Shown in pieces: positions 11,845 through 22,784 of a DNA stretch of 32,822 bases. A model generated the notes under the pieces. That model ran no database searches and was not told the DNA's origin. It was given only the letters and a program-made list of their open reading frames with translations. The stretch is from the NCBI GenBank assembly GCA_002269645.1, contig NIVC01004868.1:1-32822 (forward strand). Direction: 5' to 3'. Position numbers and translations under genes: made by a program. How positions within the stretch are numbered: position 1 is the first letter of the stretch; every line of letters begins with the position of its first letter. The stretch comes from Macrostomum lignano (lineage: Eukaryota).

Positions 11845-14800
11845 TCACTGCGTGAACTTTATAGTCGTGAACACTCGATAGACAGGCAAAATTTGGTCCG
11901 GATTCGAAATCACCAGCATATTGGAGTAGTCGGAACTGCTGTCCCTAACTCGGACACAGTCGTACTCGGCCGGTTTATTAGGAGGCGGAGGATAATCCAC
12001 TTCTCGACCTGGCAGCACTCTGCACAGCAACAAGGCATCTCCGTAATCCTTGGAGATATGCGTGAACTCGGAGAAATAAATGCCTCTACCGTAGGCCTGG
12101 CGGGTGCACTTGTCCAGACGGAAGTTCTCCTTGAAGATCTGGTCGGCGCTGTTCCTGTTAGTACCGTGAAAGGCGTACACCCAGCAATCGCTGTTGTACT
12201 TATTGCGAAATTCTTCCTGCTTTGCTTTGAACTTTTGCTCGAGCTGGGCATTTCGATTGACCCACACCTCTGTGATGCTGCCCAGCGATTTGATGGTGCC
12301 GTCGATTCGCAAGTACTCCGACTGTACGGAGGCAAAGTGAAGAGCTTTGCAGCTGTCGCTGTCCGTCTTGTACCTGTCTGGCCTGATTTTCAATACGTGA
12401 TTCTCTGCGCTAGGCGGCAAAGACATCACAGGCAGTTCTGCAAGGTTTGAATAGTGAATGACGTATTGAGGCACGGCTTGACGAGGATCAAAGATCACGT
12501 ATTCATCAAAGAGGACACCGCCGGTAGATTTGGTGTTGCGCGGAGCGAAGAGCGAATCGTAGCCAATCTTTTTTAAATCCGCGTGCGACTTGTACATTTG
12601 TGTTGCCGAAGTAACTTTCAAGGTTCGTCCAATAAGCACTTCACAAAGCAGTAGCATGTTCGAGCCCTTCGTGTAGATCTGCTGGCTGCTCTTAGACGAA
12701 TTGGTGGCAAAGTAAATTCCAGGACCGTACATTCCAGCCTTGGAAGGCAGTTTAAAGCCGTCAGTTACAATGCTATGCAGTGCGTTAGCAGAGGTACCAT
12801 GAAACTTCTTCTCGCTTCGTCGTGGATCAGCCGCGCACTTGGCTTTGAAGTCCAGAAACTGCAGAGTTAGCTTTGAATTTTCGATTTTCTCTATTTTCGT
12901 AATAGCTGGATGCCATCCGTGCTCTGACTGAATGAACTTCATAACTCGATCGTGCACATCAAGGTACTCATCGCAGTAATCACCATCGCAGCTTATAGTC
13001 TTAACACTTGAAGGTAAGTCTTTCATCGCTCTGATTTTTTTCAGCTCTTCAAAAGCGTTTCTTCGAATAGCCTGTTGCAGCTCAAGTAGCTGTTTTTTCT
13101 CGATTTCTGATTGAATACTGGCACAGACTTTACACTTCTCTGAATTGCACGGCTGATAGCACTGCAGCAGACATTTGTGACCACATCCCTCTAGCTGCTT
13201 GTTGCAAATCTTCTTGCATTTGACTTGACTCTCCGGGATAGAGCATTCGATTTCAGCGGGATGAGCGCACGGCAGTATAAGCTTGATTTTTACTTGACAA
13301 GCGATAGACGCGCAGTCAGCGGAGCAGGTGCCCGGGCAGCTGTGACCGCAAGCAAGTTTACGCTCGCACTTGGCATCGCACACGAATTGCTGGTCGCTCA
13401 TGCAGCAGGGTACTTTAATGCTATGCTCACAGTTTGGATATTTAACAGTTGTTTGGACAAAGCACGGTTTAAGCTTGCAATCTTCACCGCACTTCAGTGT
13501 GCAGGGATGATTACATGGCAGCTTTCGGCTGCACGGTTGCTGACATGTCATTACGTCTCTGTTTTCGCAACACTGAGTATTGATTGTGTGCCCACAAGGA
13601 AATCGGTGCGGAACTTTTTCCTTACACGGACGACTGGAGCAGAGCTCGAAGCACTTCAGAAGACATTTGTGACCGCAGTTTAAAAGTCTCTCGCATTTTT
13701 CGTGACATTTATAAAAACTATCTGGCATTCCGCACTCCTTCAATATCTCGTGTGAACACTCGGTAAACTTCATAGAAACTTTCGTCTTGCAGGTTTTCAC
13801 ACCGATTGGCTCACTGCAAAACTTCGTATCATTATGGTTGCACAACGGATGAACGAATGGAACAACGACCTTGCAATTGTCGTGCTCTTGATCGTGCGGT
13901 GGCTGACAAGGAAGCAAGCACGAATGAATGCCGCAAGACATTTGAATGCCGCAAACCTCCAAGCAGAATGGCGACATAGTGGGAATTTGATCGAAGCTCT
14001 CTGATTGCACGACACTTTGCGCATGATTAGGGCAGCGCAGTGAAATCTTTGATCCGATGCAGTTCGAGCCCTTCATCGCATCAATTAGAGGTCGCCAGAC
14101 TTTTCCATTCGGACTGTCGTAGATACAGTCAGCATTGCCAATGAAGACCATGACCAACCTGGCTCTGGATTGAGCCACGCAGCGTCGATTGAGCGTTTTA
14201 AGAAAGCCGATGTTGTTGGAAGGATTCGAGCGAACTAGTGACACGATAACTATGTCATTTTCGTCACCTTGATACAGATCGATTGTGAAAATCTTCACGG
14301 ACAAGTCAGCTTCAGTGACGACAGTGTTGGATTGTTCCGTTGGCGATTCAGTTAACTCTAGATCTTCGCAGTTCCGTTTCGAACGATGTTGAATTAGAAT
14401 ACGCAGGAAGTCGGATTTGGCTAAGAAGTCCTTAAAAAGGTTTCGGATTAGACCAGTTTGGCGTCTGTAGGCTGATAATATTGTGATTCGATCGGGATCG
14501 CAGCCTTGGAGGATGAGAAACATAGCGAGGCGGACGCAGCGCTGCGCCTCTTCCATGTTAGTCGCTCCATGGCCACCGGAGGTGGATTCAAGCTCTCGGT
14601 GCGTCCAGAAAAACGTGGGCACAGTGAAGCACCTAGGCTGGAGATCTCGTGAAACAACTTCTAGATTGTCGCGCAAGTTCGGATATATATCTCTTAGTAG
14701 AATACTGAGCTCCGGCTTCATGCGGCTCTGCAGCTCCAGTTGGTCGTACTTAATGCCATTGGCAATGAGCCGCTCCATCATCGACACGTCTAGATGGTAA

Positions 14801-16788
14801 TCCTTTGCCAATTTGTAGCTCTCAGTCTGCGGCCTGAGCTGCTTGTGGTCCCCGATCAAAATCAGTTGCTCCGTTCTGTGCCCAAAGCAGGCAAGTAGAT
14901 GCGGCTCGGATACCTCGGCCGCCTCTTCTACAAGCAGCACTCCTGGCTGTACAAGGTCGAGCAGCTCTCTGTGAATTGAGGCGCCCGTGATGGTCATGCC
15001 GATAATGCGCCTGCGCCGAAGTATTGAAGCGTCCGCTTTTACTTCAAGCAGTCTCTTTTCACTTTCGAGTCGCTGAATAGTGTCGAACTGCTCTTTAATG
15101 TCACTTCGGATTTTGCTGATTGCCTTGTACAGGGCCTGTTGAAAGTACAGCAGCTGTTCAGTTGGCGACAGCCTTGTTGGATTCCGCCGGCTCAACTGAG
15201 CAATCACGCCAGAGTTGCAACAATTCTCAATTCCTGGATCATGAAGAATTTGGGAACCATTGGTGTTGTCAAGGTTGATTCTGTCTATTAAATTGGACTT
15301 GCCGCCACGCTCAGTTTGAGAGTCTCTGCTCGCCAATGATGCCAGAATCTGGTTCTCTCTCTCCCTAACTTCTTCCTCCTCGGCATCGTCTAAAGACGCC
15401 TTGGCAACTGTTTTTGCTGGCTGAGAACTAGAGTTAGAACATGATGGGGCTGCTGGAATGTTGGTATGAACAGAACTTTTCTGCGCTTTCTTTCGGTTAG
15501 CCTCCAGCTGATCCTTGATGGCAGGCATTGAACGGTCAACGCAAGCTGCGAGAGCGGCGAGCACTTTGGCGTCAGAGCGGATTAGATCATGCAGTTCATC
15601 TTTAGACGCACGCTTAAATTTCTCTTCAACCTCCAACTCTTCTGGCGTCATTTGCTTAATAGACGATTTTCGATTTCTATGCCTGACAAGTTCAGCCAAG
15701 TATGTCTCGTTGCATTCATCCATAATGGCTACTGCTGGGTGAGAGAAGAGGCAGTCCAGCTCCTTCACACTGTCTTTAAATTTGGCCCAAGCTTCTTCAA
15801 TCTCAGAGCTGATGGTTCGCAGAGACTTTGCTCTTCCTCGATCCGGGCACTTCCGCCGCAATTCAATCAAGTTTAAATGCTCCAGCCTAAGATCCTTGCA
15901 TCTACCGCCGATTCTGACAATGTCCTCTTGGTGTTCTGGAAGCAGTGAGACAGAAATTCGTCCAAAGCGTGATTCTTGTAGCACAGAACCAGAATCGGCC
16001 GATCCTTGAGTACGTCGAGCTCAAGCAGCTGACGGGCTATGAGAACTCCAAGCAGAGTCTTGCCAGTGCCCGGCGGACCCTGACACACGTAGATTCGCCT
16101 GTGCAAAGCGTTTTCAAATGCGCTGGTCTGGCACACGTCCAGTTTCAGACTGCCAGTAGAAATGAACGGCAACTTTTCAGCGCAGTAGTCAACATCGTCT
16201 GGATCGCCTTCATAGTGCCGCTTCACGTACAAAGGCTGAGCGTCGGCCGCCGTCATGTCGCCAAACACCAGCGAATCAGCAAACGGAAACCTCTCCGCGT
16301 CAAAGCATTTCAGACTCTCCAGAACCGGTTCGAACGCGCGGAACATAGTTGGCGATTCGAGCATAATTAAACCGTTAGAAGCGCGAGTTGAGTTTAGCAT
16401 AAGACTGACTAGCACATCCCCAGCCGAGGTGTCCGGGCTGCACATGTACTGGCACAGGTCGAGCCACACTAGCCGGCTGCTGTTCAGATCCTGGCTGTCC
16501 CTGTCAGCTACTGTGGCCCAGTACTGCTCAGAGAATCGCTCACTGGTTGCTAGGCACAGAAGATTACCAGTCATTAGTCGCATAGACTTTGCCCAATTAC
16601 TAGGCGCGTGGTCGGAATCTCGCAGCTCAAATGTTACGCCAATGCTGCAAGAGCCACTCTTGCTTAGCTTAACAGATTTAACCTTCACGTTGCAGTACAC
16701 TCTGATGTCCTCATTCCGGATCTCACTGCCCGACTTCACCTGCTCCATGCACTCGTAGAATTTTTCAAAGCAGTCTGCTCGCAACAGC
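11845..16788 (-). CDS. ZNFX1: ZNFX1-like exon 3 (helicase, zinc fingers, two ART domains); split between ORFs 15873-16871 and 11845-15984 by a frameshift
   Basis: Acceptor ccttgttttcag|g; continuous helicase motifs across the two ORFs; TGA at 11847-11845. Confidence 0.92.
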
Positions 16789-19382
16789 CTGAAAACAAGG
16801 TGCGAAAAGTGGAAGTGGGTGTTTAGTAATTTTAACAGTAGGAATACCAAGCTATTTTTCTTCCCGTCCAACTACCATGCTCCTTGACAATATTTTTGCT
16901 GAGCCGGAACACACGAAAGGCACTCGAAATTCAAGAAAACTGGCTAAATATATGTTGCACACCTTCTCAAACTAGAATCAAGTCGCCAGCTCTCTGCATC
17001 GTCGAGATATTCAACGATTCTGCCAAAATGTCGGATTTTTCGTGAACGTCGACCTTGTGTCTGCATCAGCTGACTTAGTTGGTCAGTGGCCACAGTCATT
17101 CACCCAGACGGAGTTTCTGGACCATCAACAGTTGGCAGCAGGTGACTATGGACACCATATTTCAAATTTCTGTGATGTCTCTGATCAAGCCTCGACTGCT
17201 AGGTATCCTCAATTAGTCTCTCAGACATTCAGTCGTCATCCAGATGCCAATAACCAACGAAGTCAGAGCTGATGCAGACACATGCTGTCGACGCGGTGTT
17301 GAATTAGGGGGTCCATGAGAATTGCCCGCCGAGGTTTGCATTTCGCCACGCGGCAGATTCTGTCTGCATCCCCCCCCCAATGTTTAGTAATTCTTAATAA
17401 AGAGATTTACCCGATGAAAACGCTTAGATAGCAACTGCATATCAAATTATGTTTTTCTTGTAAGTATTCAGTTCTATACATATACAGAACTGTACATCTG
17501 TGAGCTATTGGTTCATGCATATGCCATGTCACTTCCCCCCCCCAAATCTCTTTATTAAGACTTACGCGGTACTAAGAATTGGGGGGGGGAGGCAATGCAG
17601 AAAAAATCTGCCGCATGGCAAAATGCACTGTAGAAAAAAAGCATTGCGAGCAAACCTCGGTGAGCAATTCGCTCGCGGGCAAAGTGCACTTGCGGGCAAA
17701 GTGCACTTGCGGGAAAATTGCACTGCGGGCAATTCGGTCACGGGCAAAATGCACTTCGGCCAAATCTCAACGGTAGAAGCTCGGCGGGCAAATCTCGAAG
17801 GCCGCACCGAGGCGCCGTGCTAGAATACACTAGCGCTTATCGGAAAAATTAGACTTTCGGGCAGAATCGTTGAATATCTCGACGGTGCAGAGACTTGATT
17901 GTTGTTTGAGACGGTGCGCAACAATTATTTAGCCTGTGTCCTTGAATTTCGTAGTTCTACTGTTAATCAGTCAGATCAAGGCTCCGACCTAATAGTGTGA
18001 CACTACTTCGCAAATACTAATCTCAATACATTAAAAATCCCAGAACTCAACGTGGAATCAAGCCTACAGATAGGTCCCGATTCCGAAATCGCAGAGTTTA
18101 AACAGCTGAACCAGGTGTCGCAGCGTTCACCGCTGAGCTGCTCTGGTCCAATTACAGAGCTTTTTAAAGACCTACGTATCCAGCTTCTCAAGTCTCAGAA
18201 ATTGGTCTTAAAATAGCTCATAAAAGATTGTCAAGATCTCAAGAACCCTGATCCCACAATGTCTGAATCCACAAAAACCTACCTGAACATAGTCTCGAAG
18301 TAGTCCTCCACGGACTGGTACGGTCCTTGGATCCTCGCAGGTTGCAGACCGGTCAGCATGGACTTCCTGCCCGCCGACACCTCCTCGCTGGTGGGCGCGA
18401 TGCTGATGGACCTCCGGCCACCAGGTCGGAGCTCTGCCACCGCCGTCAACAAATCCAACAACAGGCTGTTGCTAGGCGCAGTGGCTCCTTTTAGTAACGG
18501 CAGCAGGCGAGCCAAACAGCCGGGGTCCTGGGCAAGGAGGCTTCGAGCAAATTCGACTACGATTCGGCGATGAGACATCGGAGCGTCTGGAGACTGGGCT
18601 GCATCGGCTGCCACCAGCGGCAACAGCAGGCGAGACAATGCCTTCTGCAAAGTAGTACAAAGTAGTAGCTATTGTTTAGAGGGGCAGGAGAGGCCTGAGA
18701 GACCTATGATAGGGGGTAGCAGTCGGTCAGAACCGGAACATGAAACATGAGGGTCCATGAAAGGGCCGCGTGGACAGCCAAGATCCCAAAGGACGAGTCA
18801 GAGAAGTCACAGTGAAAAAGCTTTTCAGTTAGTCGGGTCGCTCACCTGTGAACTAGCCAGTTCAATAACAATTTGAAGGTTCTCGCGCTTCCGACTTGAC
18901 AGCAGGCGAGTCAGCCGGGTCAGCAGGCGACAGACGGCGCCACTCAGCTGGCTGTCGTTGAAGTCACCTAGGAGCAGAGCGGGCCAGACCACGTTTGGCT
19001 CGCCCAGTTCGGCCAGCAGGTGGCCGCTGGCGCCGCGCGGCGAATTCTCGGCAATATTAAGTAGCCGCCGAGCAAAGCTAAGCCACTCCGCGGAGTCCCT
19101 GCTGGTCAGGCTAAGCAGCTTACAATTAGCCAAGTTAGTGGCAGTTGAATTGTAGAAACTGGCCGTTAAGCGGATCCTATCGGATGCTTTCGGCGTCAGG
19201 GCGCCGTAGGTGGCCGCAATGTCGTCTTGCTGCAATGTTAGCTGGTAGCCACGCCTGTGCTCCGGCATGGAGACCATGAATGTTAAGCCGCACTCAGGCG
19301 TATACTGCTCAACAACGGCCTCGAGTTGCTCGTCCGGAAGAACGTCGTTAGCGGATAGATAGCGGCGCTCGCCTGTGGACAT
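11845..19382 (-). CDS. ZNFX1: ZNFX1-like SF1 RNA helicase / NFX1 zinc-finger protein fused to tandem PARP-like ADP-ribosyltransferase domains; exons 19382-18846, 18644-18283, 16788-11845; one 1-nt frameshift near 15941
   Basis: Splice sites are phase-consistent: cag|gtgagc and tttgcag|aag (phase 0); ttcag|gtaggt and ttttcag|g (phase 2). The second junction rebuilds YQSVEDYFETMFR-LLRADCF, typical of ZNFX1. Motifs: RLMTGNLLCL, GPPGTGKT (16056-16079), NHALDEFL, IVRIGG, GMTITGA, VEEAAEV (14911-14931), LIGDHKQLRP, YQGDENDIVIVSLVRSN, NRRCVAQSRAR, then a Cys/His array and two HGT...GIYF ART cores. The first in-frame ATG at 19382 has A at -3; an upstream exon is not excluded. Confidence 0.9.
11860..12370 (-). 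other. PARP-like ART domain 2 with H-Y-M (no catalytic Glu)
   Basis: AFHGT (His 12166-12168), AYGRGIYFS (Tyr 12076-12078), LLLCRVLPG, EYDCV, NMLVISNPDQILPVY (Met 11917-11919 aligns to the Glu of domain 1). Domain borders are approximate. Confidence 0.85.
12455..12980 (-). other. PARP-like ART domain 1 with intact H-Y-E triad
   Basis: FHGT (His 12799-12801), GMYGPGIYFA (Tyr 12712-12714), LLLCEVLIG, GYDSLF, DEYVIFDPRQAVPQYVIHY (Glu 12502-12504). Domain borders are approximate. Confidence 0.9.
13122..14034 (-). other. NFX1-type Cys/His zinc-finger repeat array (roughly 9-10 units)
   Basis: Repeated C-x3-C-x3-4-L-x-CGH-x-C-x3-C patterns, e.g. CHEKCERLLNCGHKCLLKC, CDAKCERKLACGHSCPGTC. Confidence 0.9.
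17047..17293. mobile_element. Foldback/MITE-like element A in ZNFX1 intron 2
   Basis: Left arm cgtcgaccttgtgtctgcatcagctgacttagttggt (17047-17083) is the imperfect reverse complement of accaacgaagtcagagctgatgcagacacatgctgtcgacg (17253-17293). No clear TSD. Confidence 0.65.
17319..17800. mobile_element. Foldback/MITE-like element B in ZNFX1 intron 2, with subterminal gcgggcaaa(g)tgcac repeats
   Basis: 17319-17408 pairs with 17544-17670: gaattgcccgccgaggtttgc / gcaaacctcggtgagcaattc; gcggcagatt / aatctgccgc; C-run / G-run; aataaagagattt / aaatctctttatt. Short tandem repeats follow to ~17800. Confidence 0.65.
18283..18644 (-). CDS. ZNFX1: ZNFX1-like exon 2
   Basis: Acceptor tactttgcag|aag, donor ttcag|gtaggt; ends in GPYQSVEDYFETMFR. 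Confidence 0.88.
18846..19382 (-). CDS. ZNFX1: ZNFX1-like exon 1 (179 codons, N-terminal region)
   Basis: Open frame from ATG 19382 to donor tcacag|gtgagc; GC-rich coding-like composition; phase matches exon 2. Confidence 0.75.
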
Positions 19383-20768
19383 CTTTGGTGGTGGAGGCGC
19401 TCGCGGGCCGCGCCCGCTCGGCCTCGGCGGACTACGCGTCGTTTGCGGCTCTGAGGACGAAAAGAACCCCAACGAGGTAAACAGCTTAGCAACACAGACT
19501 GCAACTAACGTCTCATCTGGTAGCGAAACAATTTTCTACGTTTGCGTGTACACATTTACGTGTATAGGAACTGAACAGGTGCTAGATAGGTTAGAAGAAC
19601 TCACAGATTTTCAAATCCTATTTATCTCACACGACACGAGTATCGTGCTTACCAGCGTATAATGCTACTGAATTACATGTACTTAAGAATTTCTAGGAAC
19701 TAGGAACTAGGAGCCAGCTGGCTTGGTATAGAAGTCTAAGACAAGCATAAAAAAGCTTCCCGGATATCCACGGGTGGTGTAAGCCCCCTATGCTTATGCA
19801 CAGGATATTCTACTTCTCTTTTAGCCAAGACGAAAGTATTTCAATTTTGTAATTTTAAAACTGAAATTGTGTTATGCTAAGAAAAGTAACAGTAAGTGCA
19901 TTGTATTACATTTATAAAACTTACCATGATGGTAATAGTAAAAAAACGACGCCAGTCCAATCAAGTCAAGTTAATCAGATTTCAATGATTTCGATCCTAA
20001 TCAAACTGCCTATTTTTTGTGCCCCAGCTCTGCGTATAAAATCTTGTCGGCGAAACTGTCTGACCGCGAGGCGGCCGCTAAACTGGAGGCCAGCAGGTCT
20101 GCAGCGCCGATAATTGGGCTGTTAATTTGTTCCTTCGTCTGGCTGTGGTTGGGGTCCCTTGTCTTCATTTTATTAGCATTTAAAGTTAAGGAGGGGTAGG
20201 GGTTGGGAGAGACGACGGGTCTAGGTTGCCAGTTACGTACAAGTAAAATCAAGCCACTATCAGTGTACATCGATAAAGCCAATGTACATCTGGAGCAGTG
20301 GAGCACTGGGGAGGGGTATGCTGTGCATACCCAGTCAATTTCAGGCTTTCAGCTCGTCAGCAATGCAATAGAAACGTAGTACTTTTAAAATAACAATTGT
20401 TTCATCCACGAATCGATTTTCCCAGACAGGAATTTTCCGCAGATTTGTACAAGACAAAAGGGAGTGGGGAGTTGCCTTGAAAATGAATACTAAATAATAC
20501 AATAAAAGAAGACAGATCAATGACTTTTTCTATTAGGGTCCCTGAGCTTGAGCTGAGCCTCGATACCAATCAATATACCCAGGCCATAACATGTATAAGA
20601 TGCATGTTACGCTCGTACATATGTACTGTAGTAGACAGAACATGCCCTTTAGATACAAAACAACACCCGACAATCCAGATTGATATAAATAGCCCTAACT
20701 CCCAACACGAATCACAGTTACTGTGTAGTAATAACTATAGTACTATACAAGTCACAATGGCTCGCTGA

Positions 20769-21182
20769 TGGGCCAACTCAGCACATTGCATGTAAGCTAT
20801 TTTCAGTTAAAAGAATGTTAATGTATTTTTAAATATAAGGCTCATTTATTGGCTCTTAACACCCTTAGCTTAAGCCTTGAGTAAACCCTCAAACTGGGCC
20901 TTTCCACACAGAATCTCTACCCCTCGCCCGTCGCCAATTTTTATTTGCTTTCTTCACTGTTCCAGCCTAAAAGCTGCTATATGTACATTTTAGTGACGCT
21001 GGCTAATGTACATTATGACAGAACCAATTAGCAAGTTGTTTACGTCTGCAAGCTTGGCTTCTAACTTAGCCAGCCTATCACTCATTTTAACTGTTTTATT
21101 TTTATATAGCTTGTAAAGTGTATTCTCTTTGCTACTGATCTGGAAGTCCAGTAGAAATCTGCTTTACTACCCAAGTGGCTCA
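20769..21182 (+). mobile_element. MITE-like element, copy 1
   Basis: Ends tgggccaact...agtggctca; homologous in inverted orientation to 22471-22784 (shared aaagaatgttaatgtattttt, taaaccctcaaa, ccaatttttatt, aagcttgg(g)cttctaa, ctttgctactga). Strand is arbitrary. Confidence 0.6.
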
Positions 21183-22470
21183 TTTAGTTAGTGACTAACT
21201 ATCTACTCCGGTTTTCCACTACTACCAGATTACCAACAGACACTGACTTAATTAAGCACACAATAAATGAGGAAAACAATGCTTTCGTGGGTCGATGACT
21301 GAATGCTTGTCTAAACTTTCTAGGGAGGAAGCACTGAAGCAGCAAACTTGCAGCAAGTTGCAAGATACTCTATCCAGCTGATATTTGATCTAGGAATATA
21401 ATAAAGAAAACATTCAAATCCTGTTAACTTTGCTGATAATTTCTCTGGAGACGTGCCTATTCAACTACAATAAATGTACGCAAATAAGTTAAAATAATCA
21501 GTTTTAATAACCAAGTGAATTGTTTATTTGCTGATTATATTGTCGCTCGCTTTTGTTACTTTATCCACAAGTGTAATACAATAGTAAAACTTGTACGCAA
21601 AAAGGAGCAATTGTGTTTTTTTTCTTGAAAACTAAAACTCCGCGTTCGGGACAATGAGACGCAGCATGCCTACAATTGGCAGACTGCATCCGAAACAAGC
21701 AGCAGGCAACAACAGCAAGCATTTAGCAACGAATCTAACAAAGAGAAAAAAAACTGTTTTGCCGACAATACCCCCCAAATAATCGATAAATTGGTGCATA
21801 TTGTGTGCAATCAGCTAACAGAAATTATATTAATTAAAACTCATCACTTTAGAGCAGGGGCCGCACAGAGAATAATTCTTTTTTTCTTGAATCCAATTCA
21901 GTCAGGCGGCAATAATATGCAGTACGAAATGTACTTTAAATATGCACGGTTTGTACTTCGATGCAAACTGTCGCACGATAAAATGACAACAGGGGGGACA
22001 ATGACGCGCGAGCGTGGAATGTGGCGCGCTCGCGCGCGCGCTACAGACAACGATAGATGGAAATATGATCAATTTAGAAAAATTGAATAGTAAAAAATAA
22101 AGTGAATCTTAACATAAATTCGCATCAGACCCCGAACTTTCATGAGCATATTTATACAATTTATTATTTAATAAAGAAACGCAAGCCTGAGTTACATAGG
22201 CGTACAACAAACATTTATAAGTTTAATATGCTTCGTATGGGCACAATAGAAGCGAAGCGAACTATTTTGATGAAATCGCGCCCAGCTATAAGCTACTTAC
22301 AGTAGGCCCGATGAAAATGTTGCCTAGACAAGGAAGTGTCGCAGAGTCACTTAACGTCACCTCTAGCACAGATGAAATTGAAAAGAAGTGATTCTAGACG
22401 ACGCTAAAACGACGAGATGTCACGGTACAAGTCGTCTGCGGCCGTAGAGTCGTATCTCTTAACATATACT

Positions 22471-22784
22471 TAGCAAAACAGGTTTCTACTTTCAGTTCAG
22501 TAGCAAAGAAGGATATATAAGCTATTTTATAAAAATAAAGACAGCTAAAATGACTTTGATAAGCTTAGAAGCCCAAGCTTGTAAATTGGTAGATCTAGGT
22601 TGCAACAACAAGCAAGGAAGTTAATAAAAATTGGGTGACGTGGCAGGAGAGAGGTTCCGTGTAGAATTTGAGGGTTTAAGCTTCGGGGGAAGGGGGGTAA
22701 GAGCCAAAAATACATTAACATTCTTTAGTTTAACTTACTACTGAACTGAAAGTAGCTTGCACGCAAATGTGCTGAGTGGCCCAA
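22471..22784 (-). mobile_element. MITE-like element, copy 2 (inverted relative to copy 1)
   Basis: Perfect 18-bp inverted repeat ctactttcagttcagtag (22486-22503) / ctactgaactgaaagtag (22738-22755); end agtggccca. Confidence 0.6.

Noticed and set aside
15930-15960. Programmed -1 ribosomal frameshift in ZNFX1
   Set aside because: No X XXY YYZ slippery site, and a similar 1-nt deletion in CK2 points to sequencing error.
11800-16758. Antisense ORFs overlapping the ZNFX1-like exon (e.g. 11800-12450, 13225-13683, 16255-16758)
   Set aside because: Shadow ORFs of a GC-rich coding strand with no motifs.
18001-18216. 71-codon stop-free plus-strand stretch inside ZNFX1 intron 2
   Set aside because: No ATG, no convincing splice pair and no recognisable motif.
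20017-20199. Small ORF or exon with a hydrophobic tail (candidate exon 20028-20096)
   Set aside because: Weak donor (gtctgc), no partner exons and no homology; more likely GC-rich promoter or UTR sequence.
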